DNA of 64,000 nucleotides from an uncultured Pseudomonadota bacterium (GTDB taxonomy: Bacteria > Pseudomonadota > Alphaproteobacteria > JACZXZ01). The stretch lies in NCBI GenBank assembly GCA_963749075.1, contig CAVVLJ010000016.1, positions 576,001 through 640,000 on the forward strand. Reading direction: 5' to 3'. Both the position numbers and the translations under genes were made by a program. The number at the start of each line of letters is the position of its first letter. Position 1 is the first letter of the stretch. Positions 42,410-52,662 of this stretch are shown here, in pieces. The notes below the pieces were generated by a model. That model searched no databases and was not told the origin of the DNA. It saw nothing but the letters and a program-made list of their open reading frames with translations.

Positions 42410-43423
42410 ATGACCGACCATGCGATCTTTCAGCTCGGCGACATCCGGCTGCAATCCGGCGAGACGCTCGAGCGCGCGTTCCTCGCCTACAAGACCTACG
42501 GCACGCTCGACGCCAGGCGCTCGAACGCGATCCTCTATGCGACGCCCTTCGGCGCCCAGCATAGCGACACCGAGTGGATGATCGGCACCGGCATGGCGCT
42601 CGACCCCGAGCGCTATTTCATCGTGACGCCGAACATGTTCGGCAACGGGCTCTCGAGCTCGCCGAGCAATGCTCAGGCGCCTTACGACAAGGGCCGCTTC
42701 CCCAAGCTCACGCTCTACGACAACGTGGTGCAGCAGCAGCGACTGCTCGCCGAGGCGCTCGGCATCGAGCGCCTCCGCCTCGTGCTCGGCTTCTCCATGG
42801 GCGCGCAGCAGGCCTTCCATTGGGCTGCCGTCTTCCCCGAGCGGGTCGCGCGCCTGGCCGCCATCTGCGGCTCGGCCAGGACCGCGCGGCACAACTTCGT
42901 TTTTCTCGAGAGCGTCAAGGCAGCACTCACCGCCGATGGCGCGTGGCGGGACGGCTGGTTCCCCGAGCCTCCCGTGCGCGGCCTCCGTGCTGCCGCCCGC
43001 GCCTTCGCCGCCTGGGCGCTCTCGCAGGCCTTCTACCGCGAGAAGGTCTACGAGCGGCTCGGCTTCGCCACCATCGAGGAGTTCCTCGAGAAGGCATTTG
43101 ACGCCAACATGCTAAAGCGCGACGCCAACAACGTGATGGCGATGCTGTGGAGCTGGCAACAGGCCGACATCAGCGCCAACGCGCTCTACGGCGGCGATCT
43201 CGACAAGGCGCTCGGCGCCATCCGCGCCAAGGCTTTCGTGATGCCGAGCGAGACCGACTGCTACTTTCCCGTCGAGGACAGCCGCCTCGAGACGGCCCGC
43301 ATGCCCAATGCCGAGCTCCGCCCCATCCCCTCCATCTGGGGCCACCGCGCCGGCAATCCGCTGCAGAGCCCCGAGGACGCCCGCTTCCTCAACGACGCTT
43401 TGCGCGAGCTCCTTGCGTCCTAG
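42410..43423 (+). CDS. Homoserine acetyltransferase-like alpha/beta hydrolase
   Basis: [30 protein letters not shown]. Confidence 0.85.
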   Translation: MTDHAIFQLGDIRLQSGETLERAFLAYKTYGTLDARRSNAILYATPFGAQHSDTEWMIGTGMALDPERYFIVTPNMFGNGLSSSPSNAQAPYDKGRFPKLTLYDNVVQQQRLLAEALGIERLRLVLGFSMGAQQAFHWAAVFPERVARLAAICGSARTARHNFVFLESVKAALTADGAWRDGWFPEPPVRGLRAAARAFAAWALSQAFYREKVYERLGFATIEEFLEKAFDANMLKRDANNVMAMLWSWQQADISANALYGGDLDKALGAIRAKAFVMPSETDCYFPVEDSRLETARMPNAELRPIPSIWGHRAGNPLQSPEDARFLNDALRELLAS

Positions 43424-43473
43424 CGCCGCCGCGGCCATCATGGCCGCATAAGCCTTTAGGGAAGGGAAAAACC

Positions 43474-44262
43474 ATGACACGGAACGGGACGGTCGCGGCG
43501 ATTGCGCTGGGCGTACTGCTGGCGGCGGCGGCCGCGACGGCGGCGCGGGCCCAGGACGATCTCCTCAAGACGATCAAGGACCGCGGCGTGATGCGCGTCT
43601 GCGACGTGGATTACCGCCCATGGAACATCAAGAATCCCGCCACCAACGAATGGGAGGGCATCAACGTCGACCTCGTGCAGATCATCGCGAGCCAGCTCAA
43701 GGTGAAGCTCGAGCATGTGGATGCCACTTGGGCGACGGTCATCCCCAGCATCCAGACGAAGAAGTGCGACTTCTCCGCCTCCGGCCTCTACGTCTCGCCG
43801 GCGCGCGCCGAGCTCGTGACCTTCACCCAGCCCATCGCCCATGACGGCATCAGTATCTTCGTGCCCAAGGACTCGACGGCCAAGACCCCGGCCGACGTGG
43901 ATCAGGCCGGCAAGACCATCGTGGCGCGCTCGGGCAGCTTCGAGGAGAGCTTCGCCAGGCAGTTCTTCAAGCATGCGACGGTCAAGGCGCTCACCGCCGA
44001 CGGCACGGGCGTCGTCCTCCTCGAGGTCGCCGCCGGGCGCGCCGACGCGGCGATCGGCGGCTACTACGGCAACATGGATTTTCTCAAGGCCAACGCGAAC
44101 GTGAAGGTGCGGCTGCTCTCGGACGAGCTCCTGACCCGCACGCCCATCGCCTTCGCCGTGCCGGCGAAGGAGTATTTCTTCCGCGACTACCTCGACGAGG
44201 TGCTGCTGACCCTCGAGGAGAACAACAAGATCAAGGAGATACTCGCCAAGTGGACGTACTAG
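43474..44262 (+). CDS. Polar amino-acid ABC substrate-binding protein
   Basis: Signal peptide; IKDRGVMRV, WEGINVDL, RAELVTFT. Confidence 0.88.
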   Translation: MTRNGTVAAIALGVLLAAAAATAARAQDDLLKTIKDRGVMRVCDVDYRPWNIKNPATNEWEGINVDLVQIIASQLKVKLEHVDATWATVIPSIQTKKCDFSASGLYVSPARAELVTFTQPIAHDGISIFVPKDSTAKTPADVDQAGKTIVARSGSFEESFARQFFKHATVKALTADGTGVVLLEVAAGRADAAIGGYYGNMDFLKANANVKVRLLSDELLTRTPIAFAVPAKEYFFRDYLDEVLLTLEENNKIKEILAKWTY

Positions 44263-44301
44263 CGCGGGGGCGTGCGCAGCGCTAGAGAGGGAGCCGCGCG
44301 C

Positions 44302-45096
44302 ATGAGCGTCGCCGCTGGGAGGACGCGCACGGCGCGACCGGCCGGCTCCTTTCTTCTCTCCTCGGTTCTGCCGGCGGCGCTGATGCTCGCCCTCTTGGGC
44401 TGGCTCGCGAGCGGGGTGAACTGGTCGTTCGTCGAGAGCCTCGATTTCTCGGTGATCTACACCTACCGAGTGGCACTCCTCGAGGGCCTGCTCAACACGG
44501 TTCTCATCACCACGTTCTCGCTCCTCATCGGCCTCGCCCTCGGCTTTCTCTTCGCCTGCCTCCTCCATGCGCCCGCGCCGCCGCTGCGCTGGCTCATCCT
44601 CGCCTATATCGAGGTGCTGCGCGATACGCCGCTCGTGGTGGCGCTCTTCTGGATCCATTTTGCGCTTCCCGTGGTGACCGGGATCAGCACCACGGCGTTC
44701 GAGAGCGGCTTCATCGCCATGGCGCTGCAATCGAGCGCCTATCTCGCCGACGTGGCGCGCGCCGGCATCCAGGCGGTGCCGCGCGGCCAATGGGACGCGG
44801 CCGACGCGCTCGGGCTGCAGCGCCGCTGGAAATGGCTCGCCGTCGTGCTGCCCCAGGCGCTCAAGATCGTCGTCCCGCCGCTCGCCAACATAGCGCTCGG
44901 CTATTTCAAGGCGAGCTCGGTCCTGGCCCTCCTTGCGGTAGGCGAGCTCATGACGGTGGCGGCGCGGGTCAGCACCTACTCCTTCAAGCCGATCGAGACC
45001 TTGACCACGGTTGGGTTCGTCTATCTCTGCCTCGGCTATTTCCTAAGCTCGCTCACCTACCGGCTCGAGCGGGTCTTCAACAGGAGTCGGAGCTGA
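44302..45096 (+). CDS. Polar amino-acid ABC permease
   Basis: YIEVLRDTPL, RAGIQAVPRGQWDAADALG. Confidence 0.9.
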   Translation: MSVAAGRTRTARPAGSFLLSSVLPAALMLALLGWLASGVNWSFVESLDFSVIYTYRVALLEGLLNTVLITTFSLLIGLALGFLFACLLHAPAPPLRWLILAYIEVLRDTPLVVALFWIHFALPVVTGISTTAFESGFIAMALQSSAYLADVARAGIQAVPRGQWDAADALGLQRRWKWLAVVLPQALKIVVPPLANIALGYFKASSVLALLAVGELMTVAARVSTYSFKPIETLTTVGFVYLCLGYFLSSLTYRLERVFNRSRS

Positions 45097-45097
45097 G

Positions 45098-45760
45098 ATG
45101 ACGTTCGATATTTCCATCGTCTGGCAGAGCCTGCCGGCGCTTGCCGCCGGCGCCTGGCTGACGGCGGCGCTCGTCGTGGTGTCGCTCGCCATCGGCATCG
45201 CCATTGGCCTCCTCGTCTGCGCCGGCACGCTCGGCGGGCAGGGCATGGTGCGCCGGCTCGCCGTCGGCTACGTCGGCCTTTTCCGCGGCCTCCCGGAGAC
45301 GCTCATCATCTTCTGGCTCTATTACTGCGGCCCGCTCATCCTCGACGTCAAGCTCAGCGCCTTCGCGACCGGCACCGCGGCGCTCGCTATCCCCTCCGGC
45401 GCCTATTTGGCCGAGGTCTTCCGCGCCGGCATCCAGGCGGTGCCTAAGGGACACGTCGAGGCGGCGCGCGCGCTCGGGCTCTCCCGCTTCTGGGTCATGT
45501 GGAGCGTGATAGCACCCCAGGCGCTGCGCATGATGATCCCGGCCTTCCTCGGCGTCGTCACCATCCTCATCAAGAATTCCGCGCTCGTCTCGGCGATCGG
45601 CGTCGAGGAGCTGTTCTACCGGGCGACCGTGCTGGCCGGCCGCAACTTCCACCATTTCGAGCTCTTGACCGCCGCCGCCATCGTCTATTTCGCCCTCATC
45701 CTGCCGTTCAGCCTCGCAGTACAGCGCCAGGAGCGGCGCCTCCTCGCCAAGGTCCGCTGA
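45098..45760 (+). CDS. Polar amino-acid ABC permease
   Basis: FRGLP, AEVFRAGIQAVPKGHVEAARALG, KNSAL. Confidence 0.9.
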   Translation: MTFDISIVWQSLPALAAGAWLTAALVVVSLAIGIAIGLLVCAGTLGGQGMVRRLAVGYVGLFRGLPETLIIFWLYYCGPLILDVKLSAFATGTAALAIPSGAYLAEVFRAGIQAVPKGHVEAARALGLSRFWVMWSVIAPQALRMMIPAFLGVVTILIKNSALVSAIGVEELFYRATVLAGRNFHHFELLTAAAIVYFALILPFSLAVQRQERRLLAKVR

Positions 45761-45842
45761 CGGCGGACGCGGCGTCCGGCTGTCGCCCGCTTGCCGCAGC
45801 CGCTAGAGTCATGCGCTGGCTCGCAGGACGGGGAGGCTCGGC

Positions 45843-46604
45843 ATGCGCGACGCGGCACCATTGAGCGGGCAGGTCGCCATCGTCACCGGCGCGGCCCAGG
45901 GCATCGGGCGCGGCATAGCGCTCGTGCTGGCGGAGGCCGGTGCGCGCGTCGTCATCGGCGATCTGCAGCAGGCCGGCGGCACGCTCGGCGATATCGCCGC
46001 CGCCGGCGGCGAGGCCGCAGCCATGGCGATGGACGTGAGCCGGCCGGCAGAGGCCGAGGCGCTCGTGGCGCTGGCGCTCCAGCACTACGGCCGCCTCGAC
46101 GTGCTCGTCAATAATGCCGGCATCGACGCGCCCAGCGGCAACGCCTGGGATCTGCCCGATGCGGAGTGGCAGAGGACCATCGACGTCAATCTAAGCGGCG
46201 TCTTCTACTGCTCGCGGGCGGCTCTCGCGCCCATGCTCGGGGCCGGGCGAGGCTCGATCGTCAACCTCAGCTCCCAGGTGGCGCGCGTCGGCCGTGCCGG
46301 CATGTCGCCCGCCTATAACGCCTCCAAGGCGGGCGTCATCGGGCTCACCGTCGCCTTCTCGGCCCAGGTGGCGGAGCGCGGCGTGCGCGTCAATGCCATC
46401 CTACCGGGACTCGTCGAATCGCGCGACTTCGGCTGGTCGCCGGAGCTGCGCTCGGCGCGGGCTGCCGAGTATCCGCTCGGCCTCGGCACGCCGCGCGACG
46501 TGGGCGAGGCGGTGCTCTATCTCGCAAGCCCGGCCGCGCGCTGGGTCTCGGGCTCGCTTCTTCACGTCGCGGGCGGCTACCAGCGCCCGGCGGCATGGCT
46601 CTGA
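45843..46604 (+). CDS. SDR-family oxidoreductase
   Basis: TGAAQGIG, NNAG, YNASK. Confidence 0.92.
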   Translation: MRDAAPLSGQVAIVTGAAQGIGRGIALVLAEAGARVVIGDLQQAGGTLGDIAAAGGEAAAMAMDVSRPAEAEALVALALQHYGRLDVLVNNAGIDAPSGNAWDLPDAEWQRTIDVNLSGVFYCSRAALAPMLGAGRGSIVNLSSQVARVGRAGMSPAYNASKAGVIGLTVAFSAQVAERGVRVNAILPGLVESRDFGWSPELRSARAAEYPLGLGTPRDVGEAVLYLASPAARWVSGSLLHVAGGYQRPAAWL

Positions 46605-46616
46605 GACGCGCCGCCG

Positions 46617-47345
46617 TCAGGGCGCCAGGCACTCCGCCGTGAGCGCGACGAGGTCGAAGGATTCGAACAGCTCGTTGTCGAGCGGGCCCGTACGCCAGTC
46701 GCGCAAAGGGCGGTGGCCGCTCGCGATGAGGAAGCGGTGCTCCTTTCCGGCGACTGCCCAGAGCTCGTCGTAATTGACCCACATCTGGCCGCCCGCGGGG
46801 CTCTGCACGATGGACTGCTTGCCTGGCCGCCCGAGGAGACGCTCGAACTCGGCGACGGCAATACCCTTGCCCGCCCTGGCGGCATCCTTCTTGAGGATGG
46901 TCGCGTCCAGGACCGCGAACGGTACTGAGGGTAGCTCGCCGCGGCAGAGATCGCAGCCGCAGGAAATTGTCTCCTGCCAAGCACCGCTCACCTTTTCGTC
47001 GGCATCATAGTCGATGTGGTAGGACCGCTCGTTCGCCGCCGAAAGGCGGTAGATATCGATGCGTCCGGTCTGGCCGGAGCCGGGATAATAGATGGCGGCC
47101 GAGTAGCCGGGCTCGCCGAGAAGTGCGATCATCTCGCTGCGCGCCTTGCCGCGAACCTCCGTCGCAGCCGCGAACTGATGTAGGAGCGCCTCGCGCGACC
47201 AGCTCCGCCCCCCTGTCTGCGGCGTCTGGCGCCAGACTTCGGGCGAGAATTGCGGAGGCGCTTCGTCCCCCCGCCCATCGGCCGAGAGGAGGAGCACCGC
47301 AAGTGGCAGTATGAGAAGCCAGCGACCGGATGCTGCGCGCGTCAT
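46617..47345 (-). CDS. Secreted hypothetical protein with two BamE/SmpA-like segments
   Basis: Signal peptide; GKARSEMIALLGEP and GIAVAEFERLLGRP separated by CGCDLC. Confidence 0.6.
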   Translation of the reverse strand: MTRAASGRWLLILPLAVLLLSADGRGDEAPPQFSPEVWRQTPQTGGRSWSREALLHQFAAATEVRGKARSEMIALLGEPGYSAAIYYPGSGQTGRIDIYRLSAANERSYHIDYDADEKVSGAWQETISCGCDLCRGELPSVPFAVLDATILKKDAARAGKGIAVAEFERLLGRPGKQSIVQSPAGGQMWVNYDELWAVAGKEHRFLIASGHRPLRDWRTGPLDNELFESFDLVALTAECLAP

Positions 47346-47547
47346 GAGTCCGCTCTCCGCCGGTGGTGGAGCAACTGGCGTCGGGTAAGGCCCGCCGGAG
47401 GACGATCATAGCCAACTCCGTCCTCTCACCGAAGCGTGACCTGCAAAGTACCCGAGCTTGCCGCGTTGACGCTCCGATGGACGCGTCCTAGTGTCGCGAG
47501 ATCGGGACGAGCTCGATAGCTCCTGGCAGGGGGCCGGAGGGGCGGGC

Positions 47548-48342
47548 ATGCAAACGACGTACGAGACGATCCTCGCGGAGATGGTGGGACCGGGCCTGCT
47601 GCTCGTGACGCTCAACCGGCCCGAGGTCGGCAACGCCAAGAACACCCAGATGGGACGCGAGCTCCTCGCCCTCTGGAGCGGCCTCATCGCGGAGCCGGGC
47701 GAGGTGCGCGCCGTGGTCCTCTCGGGTGCCGGCAGGCGCATCTTCTGCGCCGGCGGCGACCTCAAGGAGCGCAACGGCATGACCCAGGCGCAATGGCAGG
47801 CGCAGCACGAGATCTTCGAGCGCTGCTATTGGGCGCTCCTCGACTGCCCGGCGCCGGTCATCGCTGCGGTCAACGGCCACGCCTTCGGCGGCGGCATGGA
47901 GATGGTGCTGGCCTGCGATTTCGCTTATGCCGTGCGTACCGCGCGCTTCGCCTTGCCCGAGGTCACGCTCGGCATCATGCCGGGTGCCGGCGGCACGCAG
48001 CTCATGCCGCGCGCGGCGGGCGAGCGCCGCGCCAAGGAGATCATCCTCACCGGAAAGCCCTTCAGCGCGGCTGAGGCCTACGAATGGGGCATCGTCAACC
48101 GCCTCTGCGAGCCGGAGGCGCTCATGAAGGAGGCGCTCGAGACCGCGGCGGCGATCGCCGCCAACGCGCCGCTCTCGGTGCGCCAGGCCAAGAAGTCGAT
48201 GCACGTCGGCCTGCAGCTCGACCTCAAGAACGCCTTCCTCTTCGAGATCGAGGCCTACAACCGCCTGGTGCCCACCGAGGACCGTCTCGAGGGCGTGCGC
48301 GCCTTCAACGAGAAGCGCAAGCCCGACTTCAAGGGACGGTAG
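47548..48342 (+). CDS. Enoyl-CoA hydratase/isomerase family protein
   Basis: FCAGGDL, AFGGGME, LPEVTLGIMPGAGG, FNEKRKPDF. Confidence 0.92.
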   Translation: MQTTYETILAEMVGPGLLLVTLNRPEVGNAKNTQMGRELLALWSGLIAEPGEVRAVVLSGAGRRIFCAGGDLKERNGMTQAQWQAQHEIFERCYWALLDCPAPVIAAVNGHAFGGGMEMVLACDFAYAVRTARFALPEVTLGIMPGAGGTQLMPRAAGERRAKEIILTGKPFSAAEAYEWGIVNRLCEPEALMKEALETAAAIAANAPLSVRQAKKSMHVGLQLDLKNAFLFEIEAYNRLVPTEDRLEGVRAFNEKRKPDFKGR

Positions 48343-48459
48343 GTATTGCTTGCGGCGGGGCGTGTCGTATATATTAAAAGTAGAGATTCCCAGATGGCGA
48401 CATGGGTCGAAGCCGTTCCTGCGGGCTCGACCAATGAATATCGATGAGAGGAGTGTGGC

Positions 48460-48774
48460 ATGACGGTTCCGGACGCCATGGGCAAAACGACTGAAGGCGG
48501 CCCGTCCTTCGCCGAAAAGTCGCAGGCCGTACTGCAGGCGCTCAACGCCCCGAAATATGATTGGCGGACTGTTCGCGGCATCTCCTTAGAGACGGGCCTC
48601 GACGCTGCCGAAGTCATTGACATCTTGGCGCAGCTATCCGAGGACGATCAGGTCGTGAAATCGAACGTCCCCTCAAAGGAGGGGGTGGATTTATATACCG
48701 CGCGCCAAAGATTCCGCGAGAAAGGAAAATTCGGCGAGAAGTTGCTGGGCGCAATCAGAAATCGAGCGGTGTAG
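48460..48774 (+). CDS. Hypothetical winged-helix-like protein (104 aa)
   Basis: GAGGAG RBS; WRTVRGISLETGLDAAEVIDILAQL helix-turn-helix followed by a beta wing; lower GC. Confidence 0.6.
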   Translation: MTVPDAMGKTTEGGPSFAEKSQAVLQALNAPKYDWRTVRGISLETGLDAAEVIDILAQLSEDDQVVKSNVPSKEGVDLYTARQRFREKGKFGEKLLGAIRNRAV

Positions 48775-48789
48775 TGCACCAACGGTGGG

Positions 48790-49122
48790 GTGAGACGCGT
48801 GCTCGAGGCAATACGGCCCTATATCAGCCAAGCTGTGATTTTGGCATTCCTCGGCGGCATTGCCCTTGATGCGCTGAATATCTGCGAGCTTCAGAATGTG
48901 CCGAAAGAGAGGCGGCCGAACTTCAAGGACGTCCTGTACTGGCTTCCATATATATTCTGGCCGATTTTAGGCGGATTTCTCGGTTACCTGTTCGATGATG
49001 ACAGGGCGCCGCTTAGCAAGATCGTCGCCTTTCAAATCGGATTGTCGGCGCCGTTGATCCTGCGCGCGCTCGCAAACGCTGTTCCTTCCGGAGTCCGCAA
49101 CGAGCTTCCGCCCGGCGCGTAA
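48790..49122 (+). CDS. Hypothetical three-TM membrane protein (110 aa)
   Basis: Three hydrophobic segments (VILAFLGGIAL; YWLPYIFWPILGGFLGYLF; IVAFQIGLSAPLIL); lower GC. Confidence 0.6.
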   Translation: MRRVLEAIRPYISQAVILAFLGGIALDALNICELQNVPKERRPNFKDVLYWLPYIFWPILGGFLGYLFDDDRAPLSKIVAFQIGLSAPLILRALANAVPSGVRNELPPGA

Positions 49123-49139
49123 CGGCCATCGCGGCAGCG

Positions 49140-50348
49140 TCAGACAAAAGTCGCGTCCGCCTCGAGGCCGAGGAGGTGCTTGCCCACCGTCTCGAAGTGG
49201 GAGCGGCGGCCCTGGAGCTGCTGCGCCACGGTGTGGATGTCGCGGAAGCGGCGCTCGAAGGCGTTGCTCTCGAAGATCGCGGTGGCGCCGGCGGCGTGGT
49301 AGGCGGCGTCCGCCACGCGCACCGCCTCCTGGATGGCGTGGGTCGCGGCGAGACGGATCGCCATGCGCTGCTCGAGGGTGACGAGGTTGGCGGGCTCGAC
49401 GGCGCGCCAGATCTCGTCGAGCGTGCCGAGGAGATACATGCGGGCGCCGCGCAGCCGCGCCTCCGCCTCCGCGATCTCGCTCTGCACCACGGCGCTCAAG
49501 CGCAGCTTGCTCTTGTAGCCGCGCGGCGTCTTCTCGGCCGTCAGCGCCACGAAGGCGTCGAGCAGGCTGCGCGCGAGCCCGAGGGCGACGCAGGCGAAGC
49601 CGCAGGCGAAGATGCTGTTGCTCGGCACGGCGTACAAGGCGCCCTGGTAGCGCCGCTCGGACTGCTCGTCGCGCGCCACGCTGTAGGCCGCCGGCACGAA
49701 GAGGTCGGTGAGCCTGTAGGCGTCGCTCGCCGTGCCGCGCAAGCCGATGACGCGCCAGATGTCGCTCATCGGCGCCTCCGCCGCGGGGAACAGCATGGTG
49801 CGTCCTGCTGCCGTGCCGTTGGCCGCGCGCCGCTCGCTGCCGTTGGCCTCGAAGATCGGGCAATAGGCGCCGAGCCAGGTGGCGTGCCGCCCGCCGCTGG
49901 CAAAGGCGAAGGAGCCGCTCACCTTGTAGCCGCCCTCGACGGCGACGGCCCGCGCGCCGGGCCCGGGCCCCCAGGCGAGCACCGCCTTGCGGTCGCGCGC
50001 GAAGATGTCGCGCGCGGCCTCCGGCGGGAGGAAGGCGGCGACCATGGCGCAGACGCCGTTCTGGCAGAGGCACCAGGCGGTGCTCGCGTCGTGCTTGGCG
50101 ACCGCCTCGATCACGCCCACGAAGGCGGGCGGCGCCAACTCCGCACCTCCGAACGGCCGCGGCAGGAGCAGGCGGAACAGGCCCGACTCGTAGAAGGCGG
50201 CGAGCAGCGCCTCGGGGAGCCTGCGCTGGCGCTCGATCTCATCGGCCGAGGCGGCGACAAGCGGCAGCAGCGCCTCGACCTTAGCGGCGATATCCGCCAC
50301 CGCGTGGCGGGGCGCCGCACCCTCGGCCTTGAGCGCCTCAACCGTCAT
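49140..50348 (-). CDS. Acyl-CoA-dehydrogenase-fold flavin monooxygenase (HsaA-like)
   Basis: DASTAW, FASG, WRVIGLRGTAS, ERRFRDIH; start ATG 50348. Confidence 0.85.
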   Translation of the reverse strand: MTVEALKAEGAAPRHAVADIAAKVEALLPLVAASADEIERQRRLPEALLAAFYESGLFRLLLPRPFGGAELAPPAFVGVIEAVAKHDASTAWCLCQNGVCAMVAAFLPPEAARDIFARDRKAVLAWGPGPGARAVAVEGGYKVSGSFAFASGGRHATWLGAYCPIFEANGSERRAANGTAAGRTMLFPAAEAPMSDIWRVIGLRGTASDAYRLTDLFVPAAYSVARDEQSERRYQGALYAVPSNSIFACGFACVALGLARSLLDAFVALTAEKTPRGYKSKLRLSAVVQSEIAEAEARLRGARMYLLGTLDEIWRAVEPANLVTLEQRMAIRLAATHAIQEAVRVADAAYHAAGATAIFESNAFERRFRDIHTVAQQLQGRRSHFETVGKHLLGLEADATFV

Positions 50349-50349
50349 C

Positions 50350-51228
50350 TTATCCGCCGTGCGCCATCGACCACGCCCAGGCGTCATGCCCGGGCGCGTA
50401 GTTGCGGTTGCTCTGCGCCGGATTGCGGTTGACGAGCGGCCGGCCGTAGAGCGGATGGCGCATGCTGCGCACTTCGTGCTCGAGGGTATGGAGCGGCTTG
50501 CCGTTCTCCGGGTCGACGATGTCCTGGAAGCGGTATTCGTGCTCGTCGGTCTCGATGGTGATGAGGCCCCTCTCGAGGAGGCGGCGGTAGGGGCCCGAGA
50601 AGTCGGCGAGATAGATCTGGATATGGTGGCCGTCATAGGCCGCGAGCGCGCCGCCGCTCTCGCGGAAGATGAGCTCCTGGCGGTAGCCGACGGCAACGCG
50701 CGCGTGGCGGCCGTGCTCGTCCTCGCCGACGCTCGCCGGCGCCTTGATGATCTGGCGGTAGAAGCGCGCGATGCCGTCGGCGGCACCCGGCGCCACGTCG
50801 AGCTCGACATAGGGCATGCCGAGCGAAATACGGCCGAAGCGCTCCTCGGGCTCGTGGCAGCGGATGACATTGCCCCAGGGCGAGGTCACCTCGACGAAGG
50901 AATTGTGCTCCTTGACGGCGAAGCGGGTGCCCTTGAAATGCTTGCGCACGGCCGAGAGGCGGGCGAGCAGCGCCTCGCGCTCCGGCAGCACGAGGCCGGT
51001 GCGCCCGCGCAGCACCTGGGGCCTGCCGGTCGGCAGGTGGAACTGGCTGCGGCCGACGTTGATCCACATGTTGTCGATGCTGGTCATGATGTAGGGATCG
51101 CGCGTCAGCCCCATGCCGCTCACGTAGAAGAGCGTCGCGATCTGCTGGTCGGGGATGCGCACGTTGAGGTGCTCGAGCCCGACGATATTGCCGAAGTCCT
51201 CCGCCTTGCGGTCGAAACGCTGCTCCAT
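50350..51228 (-). CDS. Conserved hypothetical VOC/glyoxalase-like protein
   Basis: EHLNV, QFHLP, HHIQIY, LEHEVRS; GGAGG RBS. Confidence 0.7.
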   Translation of the reverse strand: MEQRFDRKAEDFGNIVGLEHLNVRIPDQQIATLFYVSGMGLTRDPYIMTSIDNMWINVGRSQFHLPTGRPQVLRGRTGLVLPEREALLARLSAVRKHFKGTRFAVKEHNSFVEVTSPWGNVIRCHEPEERFGRISLGMPYVELDVAPGAADGIARFYRQIIKAPASVGEDEHGRHARVAVGYRQELIFRESGGALAAYDGHHIQIYLADFSGPYRRLLERGLITIETDEHEYRFQDIVDPENGKPLHTLEHEVRSMRHPLYGRPLVNRNPAQSNRNYAPGHDAWAWSMAHGG

Positions 51229-51374
51229 CGGGACCTCCAACCTCGTGCCCGGACGCGCCGGCGCTTCGCGGCTGTCAACGCGCTCTTGCCGGGCTCAATA
51301 GTAGGAGCCCAATCGGCGACTGTCCATCGCCCGCCCGGGGCTCAAGTTATGGGATCGCCGCCGTTGCGCCGAGC

Positions 51375-52571
51375 TCAAAGCCTTCGCGGGATGTGGCGGG
51401 TCAAGAGCGCGAGGCCGAGCATCATGACGCCGCCGGCTACGAACACCGAGGACAGGCTGAAGAGCGAAAGCAGCACCGAGAAGACCGCGGGTGGTGCGAG
51501 CTGCGCCACGTCGCGGTAGCTTACGAACACGGTGGTCATCTCGGCACGCTCGTAAGCGTGCACGGCGCGCAGGAAGAGCGTATTGCCGGCCCCGTCGAGG
51601 ATCTCGGCAGCCAGCGCCGCGAGCACCAGCATGGCGGCGCCGATTGGCGGCAGGACGACGAGAAGGGCGGCGATGAGCGTGAAGAGGCCGGTCAGCGCAT
51701 AGCCGGCGAAGAGCAGCCGGCGCAGGCCGTAGCGCCGGCCGAGCCAGCCCCAGAGCGGCACGCTCCACATGCAGGCGGCACCGAGCGACACCATGGCGCC
51801 GCCCGTCTCGGCGCCGAGATGGGAGGTCACCGCGAAGATCGGCGCATAGACGAAGAACATGCTCCACCAGCCGGCGCGCCCGGCGGCGAGCACCCAGGCG
51901 AGGCTCAGGCGCGGCTGGGCGAAGAAGCGCCGCAGGTAGCGCACGGGGTTGGGCGGCGGGCGGTGCATTGCTTGCAGAACCGTGTTCTCGCCGAACCGGA
52001 TCGCCCAAAAGAGCGCTAGCAGGAGGAGCGCCGCCACGCCGGCGATGGCGTAGGGCGCCGCCGCGGCGGCCTTCTGCTGCAGGTAGACGCCGAACCATGG
52101 GCCGAGCGTCCAGGGTGCCGCGGAGGCGAAGATGCGCGTCGGCTCGAAGCGCCCGAGCTCCTGGCGCGGGATGTGATCGAGCACGTAGAGGCTGAGCGTC
52201 ACCTCGGCGCAGGCATAGGCGAACGTCATGAGCGTAAGCCCGAGGATCAGGCCGCTCAGCGTCTCGAGTGCGAGGAGGGCGGCGGCGGCCGCCATGAGGA
52301 GGGTGCCGATGGTGAACACGAAGCGGCGGCGGAGCACGCGGGTGAGCCAGGGGATGCCCAATCGCCCGACGAGCGCTGCGAGGCCTACGGCGAAATAGAG
52401 CAGGCTCACCGCCCAGGCGCTGCCGAGCAGCCGCAGCGCCGCGAGCGGCACCACCGTGAGCAAGATGGTTTGCGCCACGGCAAGGAGGACGAAGAGGCTG
52501 GCGAAGAGGACGACCTTCCGGCGTGCCAGTGTCGCGAGCCAGGGCACGGCGTGTGCGCTGCGAAGAGTCAT
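51375..52571 (-). CDS. MFS transporter
   Basis: About 12 hydrophobic segments; GWLGRRYGLRR loop. Confidence 0.88.
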   Translation of the reverse strand: MTLRSAHAVPWLATLARRKVVLFASLFVLLAVAQTILLTVVPLAALRLLGSAWAVSLLYFAVGLAALVGRLGIPWLTRVLRRRFVFTIGTLLMAAAAALLALETLSGLILGLTLMTFAYACAEVTLSLYVLDHIPRQELGRFEPTRIFASAAPWTLGPWFGVYLQQKAAAAAPYAIAGVAALLLLALFWAIRFGENTVLQAMHRPPPNPVRYLRRFFAQPRLSLAWVLAAGRAGWWSMFFVYAPIFAVTSHLGAETGGAMVSLGAACMWSVPLWGWLGRRYGLRRLLFAGYALTGLFTLIAALLVVLPPIGAAMLVLAALAAEILDGAGNTLFLRAVHAYERAEMTTVFVSYRDVAQLAPPAVFSVLLSLFSLSSVFVAGGVMMLGLALLTRHIPRRL

Positions 52572-52662
52572 GAAGCGGCGATCCACCCGCTTGTGTTTGC
52601 CCAGCGGTTATGGTTGTTTTCCCGGTATTGAGCTAGCACTGCTCGCAAGGGAGTATGTCGAC

